Source of the DNA: Minisyncoccota bacterium
GTDB taxonomy: Bacteria; Patescibacteriota; Minisyncoccia; Phycocordibacterales; UBA5272
Direction of reading: 5' to 3'
Length of the DNA stretch: 64,000 nucleotides
Assembly (NCBI GenBank): GCA_046350775.1
Contig: JAXLZS010000001.1
Span: 287,930 to 351,929, forward strand
The translations under genes were made by a program, and so were the position numbers. How positions within the stretch are numbered: position 1 is the first letter of the stretch; each line of letters opens with the position of its first letter. Below are positions 1-10,014 of this stretch, one piece after another. Under the pieces are notes generated by a model that was not told the origin of the DNA, did no database searches, and saw nothing but the letters and a program-made list of their open reading frames with translations.

Positions 1-213
1 GCCTTTACTCGCTTTGTACATATTATCCTTTTTAATACCCATGCCTTTTTTAGTGGCTTACAGAAAAAAGATAGAATCTTTTTTTAAAAAAATACTAAAA
101 AGAATAGGGTTCGAAATAAAAGTTTTTTGGATAATATTACTAATAAGACTGTTTTTAAGATTTTAATTTGAATATTTTAATTTTAAAAACCGTCTTTTTT
201 TGATAATAAAAAC

Positions 214-242
214 TTGACAAGTAATATGTATGATGCTATACT
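214..242 (+). promoter_or_regulatory. sigma70 promoter of the 285 ORF
   Basis: TTGACA-17 nt-TATACT with extended -10 TG. Confidence 0.75.
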
Positions 243-284
243 ATAATTAGAAGAATATTTTTACTTTAAATAAAATCCGTTTTT

Positions 285-515
285 ATGAAAATAAAAATTA
301 ACACACGCAAAGTGTCTTTGGAGGATCTCAATTTAGATCCCAAGACTTTTAAAAAGTTAAAAAAAAGAAACATCTCCTCGTTAGAGGACGTGTCTGTAAT
401 TCCAAAAAACCTTTTTAAAGAAATCGGCATTGGGAAAAATAGATATGATAATTTGATGATTTCAATCGCAAATTATTTACTAAAAGATTGTCCAGCTGTC
501 AGAGATGTTTTTTAA
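285..515 (+). CDS. small stand-alone RNA polymerase alpha-CTD-like helix-hairpin-helix protein
   Basis: SLEDLNLDPKTFKKLKKRNISSLEDV...GIGK resembles the alpha-CTD pattern IEELDLSVRSYNCLKRAGI.T..DL...LG.K; own promoter and terminator. Confidence 0.6.
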   Translation: MKIKINTRKVSLEDLNLDPKTFKKLKKRNISSLEDVSVIPKNLFKEIGIGKNRYDNLMISIANYLLKDCPAVRDVF

Positions 516-524
516 TAGAAAGTC

Positions 525-557
525 AAAGCGTCATTCATTATTGACGCTTTTTATTTT
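525..557 (+). terminator. intrinsic terminator
   Basis: AAAGCGTCA/TGACGCTTT stem followed by a T-rich tail. Confidence 0.7.
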
Positions 558-660
558 ATATATAGACTATAAGGGTTTTTTGTGATATTATTAATACAAA
601 TAAATATAAGTGGGAATCTAGTGTTTTTATTTTCGCTTTATTTACTAAATAACCTTTAAA

Positions 661-2205
661 ATGTCAGACAAAAATCAAAACAACAATCTAAAAGAAAGGC
701 AGCCTATCGTAGTAGTGATGGGTCATGTTGACCATGGAAAAAGCTCTCTTCTTGACGCTATTCGTAATTCCAACATTGTAGATGGAGAAATTGGTGGTAT
801 CACTCAGCACGTTAGTGCTTATGAGATTTCTCACGAAATAAAAGATAAAAAAGAAATAAAAAAGATAACATTTCTAGACACACCTGGGCATGAAGCTTTT
901 GGATCGATGCGTGAGAGTGGAGCTAAAATTGCTGACATAGCCATCTTAATAGTCTCAGCAGAAGATGGAGTGATGCCACAGACTATCGAAGCTCAAAAGA
1001 CTATTGTAGAAAATAATATCCCCTATCTTGTAGCTATCAGTAAAGTCGATAAACCAAATGCAAATATTCAAAAAACCAAAAATTCTCTAATAGAAAATGG
1101 TATCTACCTAGAAGGCATGGGGGGAGATATTTCTTATGTAGAAATAGATTCAAAAACTAAGAAAGGTATACCAGAATTGATCGACACTATCTTACTTGTA
1201 GCTGAGATGGCTGATTTAAAATATGACTCATCAAAAAATGCAGAGGGATTTGTATTGGAATCTCTACTTGATGGTAAAAGAGGTATATCTTCTACCCTTA
1301 TAATAAAAGATGGTGTCATGCCAAAATCTGGAGCAATACTCGCAGACATAGCATTATCACCTATTCGTATCGTTGAAGATTTTGCCGGAAAACCTATATC
1401 TCAAGCTCATGCAGGACAAGTCATAAAAGTCACAGGCTTTGATAATGCTCCAAAAGTCAATGGAGAATTTACTTCTAGCTCTGATAAAAAAGCATTAGAA
1501 AAATTACAAATAGAAAGAATAAATAATACCACTCAAAAAATCTTAGATCCAAAAGCTTATCGTAGCGCAAAGCTTGTCATACCTGTAGTACTAAAAGCTG
1601 ATACTCTTGGTACACTCACAGCTATAGAAAGAGAAATTAAAAAAATTGAATACAACAAAAAAACAGATGAGGACACTGGTATTAAAGTAAAAATAATTGG
1701 TGGTGGTATAGGAAATATCACCGAAGGAGATGTCTTGGCCACTTCACATGATGAGAATGTAGTGATAATAGGTTTTAATGTAAAGGTAGATAACAAAGCT
1801 AAAGATGAGGCGGAGAGGCTCGGTATAAATATCACTACTTTTGATATTATTTATAAACTTGCAGAATGGTGGACAGAAAAAGTCGACGAAAGATTGCCAC
1901 ATGAAGAAATAGAAAAGACTACAGGAAAATTAAAAATTCTAAAGCTATTCTCTGCAAATAAAGATAAACAAGTACTGGGAGGAAGGGTCTTGGAAGGAAG
2001 TATAAAATTAAATGCTAAAGTAAAAATCTACAGAAGAGATTTTGATATAGGATTTGGAAAAATTGTAGAATTACAAAGTATGAAAATAAAAACAAATGAA
2101 GTCCTCGAAGGTAATGAGTGCGGTCTCATGATAGAAAGTAAGACAGAGATAATACCTGGCGACATAATTGAATCAATAGAAATAGAAAAAAGAAAAATAA
2201 TATAA
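661..2205 (+). CDS. infB: translation initiation factor IF-2 (short form lacking the N-terminal domain)
   Basis: [22 protein letters not shown] GTPase motifs; VLKAD and IIGFNV motifs. Confidence 0.97.
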   Translation: MSDKNQNNNLKERQPIVVVMGHVDHGKSSLLDAIRNSNIVDGEIGGITQHVSAYEISHEIKDKKEIKKITFLDTPGHEAFGSMRESGAKIADIAILIVSAEDGVMPQTIEAQKTIVENNIPYLVAISKVDKPNANIQKTKNSLIENGIYLEGMGGDISYVEIDSKTKKGIPELIDTILLVAEMADLKYDSSKNAEGFVLESLLDGKRGISSTLIIKDGVMPKSGAILADIALSPIRIVEDFAGKPISQAHAGQVIKVTGFDNAPKVNGEFTSSSDKKALEKLQIERINNTTQKILDPKAYRSAKLVIPVVLKADTLGTLTAIEREIKKIEYNKKTDEDTGIKVKIIGGGIGNITEGDVLATSHDENVVIIGFNVKVDNKAKDEAERLGINITTFDIIYKLAEWWTEKVDERLPHEEIEKTTGKLKILKLFSANKDKQVLGGRVLEGSIKLNAKVKIYRRDFDIGFGKIVELQSMKIKTNEVLEGNECGLMIESKTEIIPGDIIESIEIEKRKII

Positions 2206-2208
2206 TTT

Positions 2209-2577
2209 ATGGATATAAATAATGAAGACTTTAATCCTGATTTTGCAGGAAAGACAGAAAGGCAAATAAAAATTGGACTGACTATCCGATCTATAGCTCA
2301 AGACTTTTTTCAAAAAGAGTCTTCTGGTACATCTTTGATCACCGTGACTCGTGCCGATATTTCTCGCGATCTAAAAAATACTAATATTTTTATAACTGTA
2401 CTACCAGACTCTAAAGAAGAACAAGCCTTAAATTTTGCCAAAAGAATGAGAACAGAGCTTCGCACAGAAATAAAAAAGAAACTGCAAATCAGAACTATAC
2501 CGATGGTGGAAGTAAAAATAGACAAAGGTGAAAAAGCTAGACAAATAATGGACACTGTCTTTAAAAAAGTGAAATAA
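2209..2577 (+). CDS. rbfA: ribosome-binding factor A
   Basis: ITVTRADISRDLK and LQIRTIP motifs; directly after infB. Confidence 0.9.
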   Translation: MDINNEDFNPDFAGKTERQIKIGLTIRSIAQDFFQKESSGTSLITVTRADISRDLKNTNIFITVLPDSKEEQALNFAKRMRTELRTEIKKKLQIRTIPMVEVKIDKGEKARQIMDTVFKKVK

Positions 2578-2653
2578 TAAATTTTAATAAATTATTGAGT
2601 TTTAGTCGTGATATAATATTATATATAAAAGTAGATAATATTATTTTAAAAAT

Positions 2654-3040
2654 ATGATAACAACCAATATTTTAGCTCAGATCTTTGGAATAACATTTTT
2701 GTTTGTGGGTATCTCAATAATTTTCAACAGAAAATCTGTCCATCTTGTAGTAGAAAAAATGACAAGAGAGCCTGGTCTTTTGTGGTTTTTGGGTTTTGTA
2801 TCAATATTTTTAGGATCATTTATACTTGCTTTTTCAAATTTTTATGGAGATGGTTTGTCTTTTGTATTATCAATTGTCGGAATCTTAGCTTTCCTAAAAG
2901 GAATTTATTTGCTTTGGATACCTGGACACTCTATGAGACTTTGGAATAAGATAAATGATAATAAGACAATAATTTCTATCTCTGGAATAATTATAACAAT
3001 AATAAGTCTCTATTTGATAGCTAAAGGTTTTTATTTTTAA
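2654..3040 (+). CDS. small membrane protein, about 4 TM helices
   Basis: four hydrophobic stretches; upstream TGATATAAT. Confidence 0.75.
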   Translation: MITTNILAQIFGITFLFVGISIIFNRKSVHLVVEKMTREPGLLWFLGFVSIFLGSFILAFSNFYGDGLSFVLSIVGILAFLKGIYLLWIPGHSMRLWNKINDNKTIISISGIIITIISLYLIAKGFYF

Positions 3041-3043
3041 TAT

Positions 3044-3087
3044 AAAACAAACAAGCTGACACACAAATGTGTCAGCTTGTTTGTTTT
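3044..3087. terminator. bidirectional terminator, perfect 20-bp inverted repeat
   Basis: AAAACAAACAAGCTGACACA-caaa-TGTGTCAGCTTGTTTGTTTT between convergent CDS and tRNA-Leu. Confidence 0.85.
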
Positions 3088-3088
3088 G

Positions 3089-3170
3089 TGCCCAGGAGAG
3101 GACTTGAACCTCCAAGGATTGCTCCACTAGTTCCTAAGACTAGCGCGTATACCAATTCCGCCACCTGGGC
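3089..3170 (-). tRNA. tRNA-Leu(TAG)
   Basis: GCCCAGG/CCTGGGC acceptor stem, CTAGT-CTTAGGA-ACTAG anticodon arm, long variable arm, GGTTCAAGTCC T arm. Confidence 0.95.
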
Positions 3171-3303
3171 AAATATTAGAAAATAACAGAAATTAAATCT
3201 ATAATTCTCTTTGCATATAATAACAGAAATTAAACAATTTCTCAAATAGAAAACAGATCTTTATAAAAATAAATTTTTATGCTATTATATTTAGAATTAA
3301 AAA

Positions 3304-3379
3304 GCCCCTATAGCTCAGTTGGTAGAGCAGTTGCCTCTTAAGCAAACGGTCGTAGGTTCGAATCCTACTGGGGGCACCA
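3304..3379 (+). tRNA. tRNA-Lys(CTT)
   Basis: TAGCTCAGTTGGTAGAGC D arm, anticodon loop CTCTTAA, GGTTCGAATCC, encoded CCA. Confidence 0.95.
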
Positions 3380-3451
3380 TGTAATGAGAAGCACGAGTTA
3401 TATACGTTATTAATAGATAGCAGATATAATAAATATTGAACATAATAAAAA

Positions 3452-3476
3452 AGAAGTGGAAATATATTCCACTTCT
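3452..3476. terminator. terminator hairpin
   Basis: AGAAGTGGAA/TTCCACTTCT between convergent tRNA-Lys and the 4261 CDS. Confidence 0.7.
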
Positions 3477-3493
3477 ACAATAAAAAACATCTT

Positions 3494-4261
3494 TCATTTC
3501 AATAACTTTAAGGCTTTAGCCAAATAATCACCTGCCATATTCCAATCAATAGGATCTAAAGCATTTCCACTTGGCCTTAATTTACCTTGTGCATCAATAC
3601 TTATTTTTGGAAATTCTTTTGCTAAAGGCTCCACCAAATTAAGAGTGTTTGGACCGAGTCCGCCAGCGACAACAATACCAATATATGAAATATTTTCATG
3701 AATACTTTTTGCAATAGGAATAAGGTCTTGCGCATCCATATTCAATCCTCTACCCATACTTTTATCGAGGAGTATATAGTCTACAGAATATTTATACTCC
3801 TTAACTCTTTGAACAAAGACATCGATGTCATTCCCGACCAATTTAAAAGCTTCAGTATTTCCCTGCAAAATAATTTTAATGAGCGGATATTTTTTACGAT
3901 ATTCTTTTAAAACATCAACTTCTGGCCAGATCATATCTAACTGAAGCCCATTCAGATGATTACCAGCATAATCTGTGGCTTTGAAGAGATTTTCCAAAAC
4001 ATCAACGCCTTCATAATCAGCATAGTGAAGAACATTGAAGATTGATGGGTGCCCTAAAAAAATTGAACTTACTTCTTCTTTTTTCGGAAAAGCATTTTCC
4101 CATTTCGATGGTATTCCATTAAGTGTTTTATAATTCATCATTACACCAACGTGTAATTTTCTTTTTGATCCACTTTGTTTATTCTTCAAAAAGATTTCCG
4201 CCATTTTTAACACTTCTTTACTGGACATAAAATCGGTTATACCGATATATGGAATTTGCAT
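3494..4261 (-). CDS. TIM-barrel protein, distant phosphoribosylanthranilate isomerase (TrpF)-like
   Basis: LQL, LLDKSMGRG, VAGGLGP and IDAQGKLR motifs in TrpF-like order; SD AGGAGG at 4266-4271. Confidence 0.55.
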   Translation of the reverse strand: MQIPYIGITDFMSSKEVLKMAEIFLKNKQSGSKRKLHVGVMMNYKTLNGIPSKWENAFPKKEEVSSIFLGHPSIFNVLHYADYEGVDVLENLFKATDYAGNHLNGLQLDMIWPEVDVLKEYRKKYPLIKIILQGNTEAFKLVGNDIDVFVQRVKEYKYSVDYILLDKSMGRGLNMDAQDLIPIAKSIHENISYIGIVVAGGLGPNTLNLVEPLAKEFPKISIDAQGKLRPSGNALDPIDWNMAGDYLAKALKLLK

Positions 4262-4337
4262 GTGACCTCCTTTTTATTTGATGAAAAAATCGTTACCTTT
4301 TTAATACTATAATAAATGAGATTTTTAGTCAATAAAA

Positions 4338-4706
4338 TTATTTTTTATTTTTTCTGTACGATTCTTTTATTTTTAAATATTCTTTTTGATTTCCTTTCAC
4401 AATAGAAGCTGGATATTTTTTAATATTTTTCTCCAGTTTTTCATGGATTATTTTTTCAATATCTAAATCCAAAGAGATAGCCATTTCAGTACTATAAATA
4501 AGCACATCCGCTAATTCTTCTTTTATTTTTTGTAAAATTATTTGATCTTGTTTTATATTTTTTATAGACAAATCTTTCCATTGAAAAATTTCTAGAAGCT
4601 CAGAGGACTCTATACTTATTGATTTAGAAATACTGCTAGGATTTTTTAGAATAGACCATCCTCTTTCATTTATATATTTTTTAATTTCTTTTTTCAATTC
4701 TTCCAT
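4338..4706 (-). CDS. MazG-like nucleotide pyrophosphohydrolase (dCTP pyrophosphatase type)
   Basis: SIESSELLEIFQW, EELADVLIY, KL..N..KYP. Confidence 0.9.
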   Translation of the reverse strand: MEELKKEIKKYINERGWSILKNPSSISKSISIESSELLEIFQWKDLSIKNIKQDQIILQKIKEELADVLIYSTEMAISLDLDIEKIIHEKLEKNIKKYPASIVKGNQKEYLKIKESYRKNKK

Positions 4707-4780
4707 AATTATATATTAATAATAACATATAACCTTATCATACACATTAATATAGTCAAAATCATAGAGAGGTCACAAAA

Positions 4781-5677
4781 TTAAGAAATAATTTTCTTTA
4801 TAAACTCGTCTATAAATTTTACATCTTTTGTTTTCATGCTAGACGCATTAACGTGTCCTCCACCGCCATACTTTTCTGCGATCTTTTCCACATCAACACC
4901 ACCATTAGCGCGAAAACTCAATTTTAATTCTCCACGCTCAAATGTATAAATAATAGTAAAAGTCTTAGTCTTTTCTGTCAACTTGTGTCCTAATTCATTC
5001 CTAAATACCGGACTAGCATTGATAGCATATACTTTGTATCCATCAAAATTTATCAACTTCGCACTATTTAATTGATTATCTACTAATTTCAGATAATTAG
5101 ACTGCAATATTGTCCCAGTATTTTTTATTTCTAGAAATTTCTTTTTATCTTCTAGATCTTTTTCAACTTTTGAAAAAATCTTGAAATCAAATTGTAAAGT
5201 ATAGACATAGGCTAAAATATTTCTCTCTTCTTTATTTATTTTTTCATCTTTTGAGAAAGAATACGTATCGCCTATTGAGATATATCTAATTAATTTTGGA
5301 ATTATATTTTTCGGGAAAAAGTATTCGTGGGCGAGATACGCTCCGGATACCCCATCTCTAAATACTGATCCGAAGAGAGACTCTACTAATCGCTTCATAC
5401 CAATATGGTGATCTATTACTATTAACTTCTTTGCAACTTTTTGTACTTTTTTTAATTCATTCTCTTTAAGGCAAAAATCTATAAAATAAACCTCTTTATC
5501 TTTTAATTCACTTATTTTTATTTTTTTACTCTGCAATATATCATCTCCTTTTACAGTGCGAGAGAGAGGTATATATTCAGCCTTTTCTTTAAATTTTTTA
5601 TGAGCGACAAATGCTCCAGTAAATCCATCGACGCAATTTTCATGATAAAAAACTATAATGTTTTTTGTAATTTTCAT
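4781..5677 (-). CDS. DHH/DHHA1 phosphoesterase (nanoRNase NrnB-like)
   Basis: YHENCVDG, IDHH, SFR...GGGGH motifs. Confidence 0.88.
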   Translation of the reverse strand: MKITKNIIVFYHENCVDGFTGAFVAHKKFKEKAEYIPLSRTVKGDDILQSKKIKISELKDKEVYFIDFCLKENELKKVQKVAKKLIVIDHHIGMKRLVESLFGSVFRDGVSGAYLAHEYFFPKNIIPKLIRYISIGDTYSFSKDEKINKEERNILAYVYTLQFDFKIFSKVEKDLEDKKKFLEIKNTGTILQSNYLKLVDNQLNSAKLINFDGYKVYAINASPVFRNELGHKLTEKTKTFTIIYTFERGELKLSFRANGGVDVEKIAEKYGGGGHVNASSMKTKDVKFIDEFIKKIIS

Positions 5678-5740
5678 ATTAAAAAATTATAGCATAAAAG
5701 TGAAATTTGTGTTAAAATAACTCATAATTTAAAAGACTTT

Positions 5741-7309
5741 ATGGCTAAAGAAAATATATATTCAAATACAGATACAGAAAAAAATATCGCGGCAACTTGG
5801 GGTGAGAGTGTATTATCATTTCAAGATCTGACTTTCTACTATAATGAAAACAAACCAATTCTAAAAGAAGCAAGCTCAAATATTCGTAAAGGCCAAAAAT
5901 TGACCCTCATGGGCCCAAATGGTGCCGGCAAATCGACTCTATTCTCAATAATCACTGGAGAGCAAAAACCAATCGAAGGAAGAGTGGTGATAGGAAATGA
6001 TCTCAAGATAGCCCTAGCTAAACAATTTATTCCTCATGACAAATGGGAAAAGACTGTACGTGAATTTCTAGAAGAAGCTTTCACGGAAAAAGTCTATGAT
6101 ATAGATAAAAAAGCAGAAGAGACTTTTGCTGTTATCAATCTTCATCCTATACACAAGACTAAAGATATAAAAACAAAAAAAGATGAAGCGATGCATCTTC
6201 TTAATAAGAAAATTAAAGAGCTCTCTGGAGGGCAAAAAGGAAAGCTGCTCATAGCTCAAGCTCTCATAGCCAAGCCAGATATATTATTACTCGACGAGCC
6301 AACCAATAATCTAGATAAAGAAGCGGTAAAACTTTTGACCAACTTCATGAAAACTTACACAGGTACAGCTATTGTGATTTCTCATGATGAAAACTTTTTA
6401 AACTCTTTTACTCATGGCATTCTTTATATAAATACACAAAATCAAAAACTCGAGCAATATGTAGGTAATTATTTTAAAGCCATAGAAGAAATCAAAAGAC
6501 AAATTGAAAGAGAAAAAAGAGAGGTAGCTCAAGCAGAAAAAAAGATCCAAGAAAATAAAGACAAAGTAAACTTCTTTGCTCATAAAGGTGGAAAGATGAG
6601 AAAGCTTGCTGCAAAATTAAAAGATGAATATAAGGAGATGGAAGAAAATATGACCGATGAAAGAAAAGAAGACAAGACTATCAGAAAATTTAATATCAAA
6701 ATAAACGAAGAAGAGAGAGATGGAATGGGAGGCGTGATAATTGAGATGGATGAAGTAAATATTCTAGAGCATGGCGAACCAAAAGATGTAAAAATAAAAA
6801 AAATAGAATTAAGAAAAGGAGATAAATTACAAATCCTAGGACCAAATGGTATTGGTAAGACTACTCTTCTAGAAAGAATCGCCAACAAAAAAGCTATTGG
6901 TACAAAAATAAAAGAAAATATAAATATTGGATATTATAGACAAGATTTTACGACTCTAGACTTTTCCAAATCAGCTTATGAAGAATTGTCCAAAGTCTTT
7001 AAAAGACTAGATGATCACCATTTGCGCGCCACAGCGGCTGGATTTCTTTTAGGAGGGAAGGAATTGTCTCATAAAGTTGGACACTTGTCAGAAGGACAAA
7101 AAGGACTTCTTATGTTTGCCTATCTTACCCTACTAGAGCCAGGTATACTAATACTAGACGAGCCTACAAACCATATCAACTTTAGACATATTCCAGTCAT
7201 AGCAGAAGCTATCAAAAATTATGAAGGTGTAGTCATCATAGTCTCACACGTAAATGATTTTGTTAGAAAAATTGGAGTTAACCACACTCTAGATCTAGGA
7301 TCTATTTAA
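5741..7309 (+). CDS. ABC-F family ATPase
   Basis: two ABC domains (GPNGAGKS, LSGGQ, LDEPTN; GPNGIGKT, LDEPTNH) with coiled-coil linker and no TM segments. Confidence 0.93.
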   Translation: MAKENIYSNTDTEKNIAATWGESVLSFQDLTFYYNENKPILKEASSNIRKGQKLTLMGPNGAGKSTLFSIITGEQKPIEGRVVIGNDLKIALAKQFIPHDKWEKTVREFLEEAFTEKVYDIDKKAEETFAVINLHPIHKTKDIKTKKDEAMHLLNKKIKELSGGQKGKLLIAQALIAKPDILLLDEPTNNLDKEAVKLLTNFMKTYTGTAIVISHDENFLNSFTHGILYINTQNQKLEQYVGNYFKAIEEIKRQIEREKREVAQAEKKIQENKDKVNFFAHKGGKMRKLAAKLKDEYKEMEENMTDERKEDKTIRKFNIKINEEERDGMGGVIIEMDEVNILEHGEPKDVKIKKIELRKGDKLQILGPNGIGKTTLLERIANKKAIGTKIKENINIGYYRQDFTTLDFSKSAYEELSKVFKRLDDHHLRATAAGFLLGGKELSHKVGHLSEGQKGLLMFAYLTLLEPGILILDEPTNHINFRHIPVIAEAIKNYEGVVIIVSHVNDFVRKIGVNHTLDLGSI

Positions 7310-7606
7310 TTATTTCATTTTTAAATATTTAGCCTCTATTTCTTTTATTTCTTTAGCAGCATTTTCAAAAATCTTATTTTTTGCTAACTGAATACTCTCT
7401 AGATAAATTCTCTCCAGATCCTCTTCTGGGACAGAAGGATTATTTATAAGATCTTCTTTTATTTCTTTTTCTACTTCCTGGAACTCTCTCATAGCTCTAT
7501 CTTGTGCCAAAGATATTTCTTCTGCAGACTCTCTCAACATCGGCTCCACTTCATTAAATTTTTCTATGATTTGATCTTGTATACTTTTATTTGTTTCATT
7601 TGTCAT
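7310..7606 (-). CDS. hypothetical coiled-coil protein
   Basis: 98-aa ORF 6 nt downstream of the 727-aa ORF. Confidence 0.7.
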   Translation of the reverse strand: MTNETNKSIQDQIIEKFNEVEPMLRESAEEISLAQDRAMREFQEVEKEIKEDLINNPSVPEEDLERIYLESIQLAKNKIFENAAKEIKEIEAKYLKMK

Positions 7607-7612
7607 ATATTT

Positions 7613-9796
7613 TTATTTTGCTACTAAACTTCTCGCACTGACCCAGGCTTTTTTCCCGAGCGCTTTAAACAATCCTCCAACAACTTCAATTATATTCCAG
7701 CCAGTATTTAAGTATCTGGTCACTATAGATCCGACGGCTTCACCTATAGCTCCCGACCAATTTTTATTGGAGATAATACCATCCTTTATACCTTTCAAAA
7801 AATTACCAAATAAAGCATCCCCGATAATAGTCAATGATTTATTGCCAACCTTACCAATATCTTTTTCAAGACTTGCATTTAATTCTTCATATTTCTTTTT
7901 TAGTTCGGGACTGTTGAGACGGTCGTCTCTTTTTTTAAGTCCTTCTCTAGTACCATTCCAAAGCCATCTCCAAAATCCCTCCTTTTCTTTTTTGTCATTC
8001 TTTTTCTCTTCTCTTTTGTCACCTCTTTCGTTTTGTTCTTTTTTTTGATCACCGCCCAGATATTTATTAACTATCTCGAGTACTCTGTCATCAACATTTT
8101 GTTCATGGCCTCTATGGTCTTGAGAAGATTCTCTGACTGGACTACTCTCTGGAGAACCAGTTTCAAAATTTTTAATTTCTCCTAAATCTGGGGCAGTAGT
8201 TCTACTTGAAGACTCCGACCTTACAGGGTGAGATTGTGGCTCGTTTACATCTACAACTTTAATACTCTCTACAAATTTATTTAAATCCTTATATTCTTGT
8301 TTTGTAGGTTGAGGTATTAATTTTTCAATTGAGCTATGAGGCATTGACTTATTTTTATCCACCTTTTCATTTCTGGGTCTAGAATTGCCCATTTGAGGAA
8401 GTACTACATCTATGATTGGTTTTAATGGTTCTTGCGCCAGATTGGCCTGTACCGCGACTGGATCTTTATTGGCTTCCTGTAAAATTCCATCTTTATCAAC
8501 ATGAAAATCTTCTCCCGATAAGTCATTTTCAACTTTATCTCCAGATAGACTTTTCGGTTTTTTATCTTTTTCAAAAAGATCTTTTCTGGATTCATTATAA
8601 TCTTGTATCTGTTTTTTAATATGATTATATTCTTTTTGTAATTCTTCTTTGCCGTCTTCTTGTGAATTATTTATATCTTCTGCGACATAATTTAAATCTT
8701 GAATTATATCAGAAATATCTTCACCACGATTCATTTTGTTTATTATTTCTAAATCTATTTTTTTAAATCTATCAGATAGTTTTGGCTGTTTTGGAGCATT
8801 TAGAACCTTTTCCATGTTTTGTGAAAGCATATTGGAAATATTTTCTCTTTGCAGATCTGACACATGTTGATCTAAAGTTTTCTTTTGTACTTTTTCTTTT
8901 TTAGACTCTGGTTTTTTATTTTCTTTTTTGTCTTCAGACGCTGGAACTGGATCAGGTCTTGTTTCAGTATTATTACGTCTATGTATTTCCATTTCAATAC
9001 TTGCAAATTCACTTTGTAAAAAAGCTTTCGTTTTTGGATTATCAAGGTTTTGAATTCTTAAACCAAAATTATTAAGATCCGTTAAAAAACCAGAGACCTT
9101 CTTCCCTTCAGGGAGTCTTCTTATCTTGGCAGAAAAATTATAAAAATCTTTTAACAATTTCTCCTCTTCTTTAGTATATTCTTGAGTTTTTATTTCCTGT
9201 TTTACTTCCGGCACTGGAGCTGGTTCTGGTTGATTTTTTTCAATTTCTTGAGTCTCTGGTTTTTGAGGAGAAGTGTTTTTTTCTTTATTTAATTCAGCTA
9301 ATCTGCCATGTAAAGCGTGAGCAGATTCAAAATCATCACTAGTACCAACCTTATTGTTTGGGGTTTTATCTTTTTCTGTTTCCCCTCTTAGCCATTCAAT
9401 CTCAGTTCTTTTATGATGAAAATTACCAATTTTGAAATCTCTACTAAAATTTAAACCTTGATCATCTAATTCTTTTATTTTTGTCCTAAGAGACTCATTT
9501 GATTTATTTCTTACTGTTCGGCCATTTTTAGATTCTGAAACAAAATCGCTGCCTATAGAGTCGTTTTTATCTTTTCTATTATTTTCTGCCGCTAATTTAT
9601 CATGTAAAGCCTGAGCAGATTCAAAATCATCCCTAGTACCGATTGAATTGGTTTTTACAATATCGTATTTTTCTCTGCCTTTTCTTAGCTTTTCAGGATT
9701 GTTTAAATAAGGATTTTTTCCTTTTAGTCTGTTAATCATTTTCTTTCCCTGTTCTATTTTTGATCCTGATCCTGGTTGAGCTCCTAATGATGACAT
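7613..9796 (-). CDS. large low-complexity charged hypothetical protein
   Basis: 727-aa ORF rich in K/E/N/P with amphipathic C-terminus and an internal repeat. Confidence 0.8.
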   Translation of the reverse strand: MSSLGAQPGSGSKIEQGKKMINRLKGKNPYLNNPEKLRKGREKYDIVKTNSIGTRDDFESAQALHDKLAAENNRKDKNDSIGSDFVSESKNGRTVRNKSNESLRTKIKELDDQGLNFSRDFKIGNFHHKRTEIEWLRGETEKDKTPNNKVGTSDDFESAHALHGRLAELNKEKNTSPQKPETQEIEKNQPEPAPVPEVKQEIKTQEYTKEEEKLLKDFYNFSAKIRRLPEGKKVSGFLTDLNNFGLRIQNLDNPKTKAFLQSEFASIEMEIHRRNNTETRPDPVPASEDKKENKKPESKKEKVQKKTLDQHVSDLQRENISNMLSQNMEKVLNAPKQPKLSDRFKKIDLEIINKMNRGEDISDIIQDLNYVAEDINNSQEDGKEELQKEYNHIKKQIQDYNESRKDLFEKDKKPKSLSGDKVENDLSGEDFHVDKDGILQEANKDPVAVQANLAQEPLKPIIDVVLPQMGNSRPRNEKVDKNKSMPHSSIEKLIPQPTKQEYKDLNKFVESIKVVDVNEPQSHPVRSESSSRTTAPDLGEIKNFETGSPESSPVRESSQDHRGHEQNVDDRVLEIVNKYLGGDQKKEQNERGDKREEKKNDKKEKEGFWRWLWNGTREGLKKRDDRLNSPELKKKYEELNASLEKDIGKVGNKSLTIIGDALFGNFLKGIKDGIISNKNWSGAIGEAVGSIVTRYLNTGWNIIEVVGGLFKALGKKAWVSARSLVAK
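9297..9640. repeat. 50-bp intragenic direct repeat (9297-9346 and 9591-9640)
   Basis: 45/50 identical; encodes GTRDDFESAQALHDKLA and GTSDDFESAHALHGRLA. Confidence 0.9.
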
Positions 9797-10014
9797 AATT
9801 TTATTATATTAATAATATTATACACCAAAATATAGGACTTTTTTGGTAATCCACAGAATTAGGCTAAAGTTGTAATATGTGTTATTATGTGTATTAAGTA
9901 AGTCGCTCTCACTTGTATCAATAAAAATTGTGTCTTGGGAAAAAGTTGTGCTTACGAATTATAAAATTAATTATAATTCTAAATAAAAATAAATATTGTT
10001 TAGAAAAAAATAAA

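Noticed and set aside
1-42. Possible 5' end of a - strand gene (MGIKKDNMYKASKG...)
   Set aside because: Only 14 codons fall inside the window; it cannot be supported or identified
144-197. AAGAC.GTTTTTAA / TTAAAAAC.GTCTT hairpin upstream of the 285 promoter
   Set aside because: AT-rich with no assignable transcript; may be a plain terminator
2894-3497. ORFs 2894-3127 and 3315-3497
   Set aside because: They overlap tRNA-Leu and tRNA-Lys; spurious
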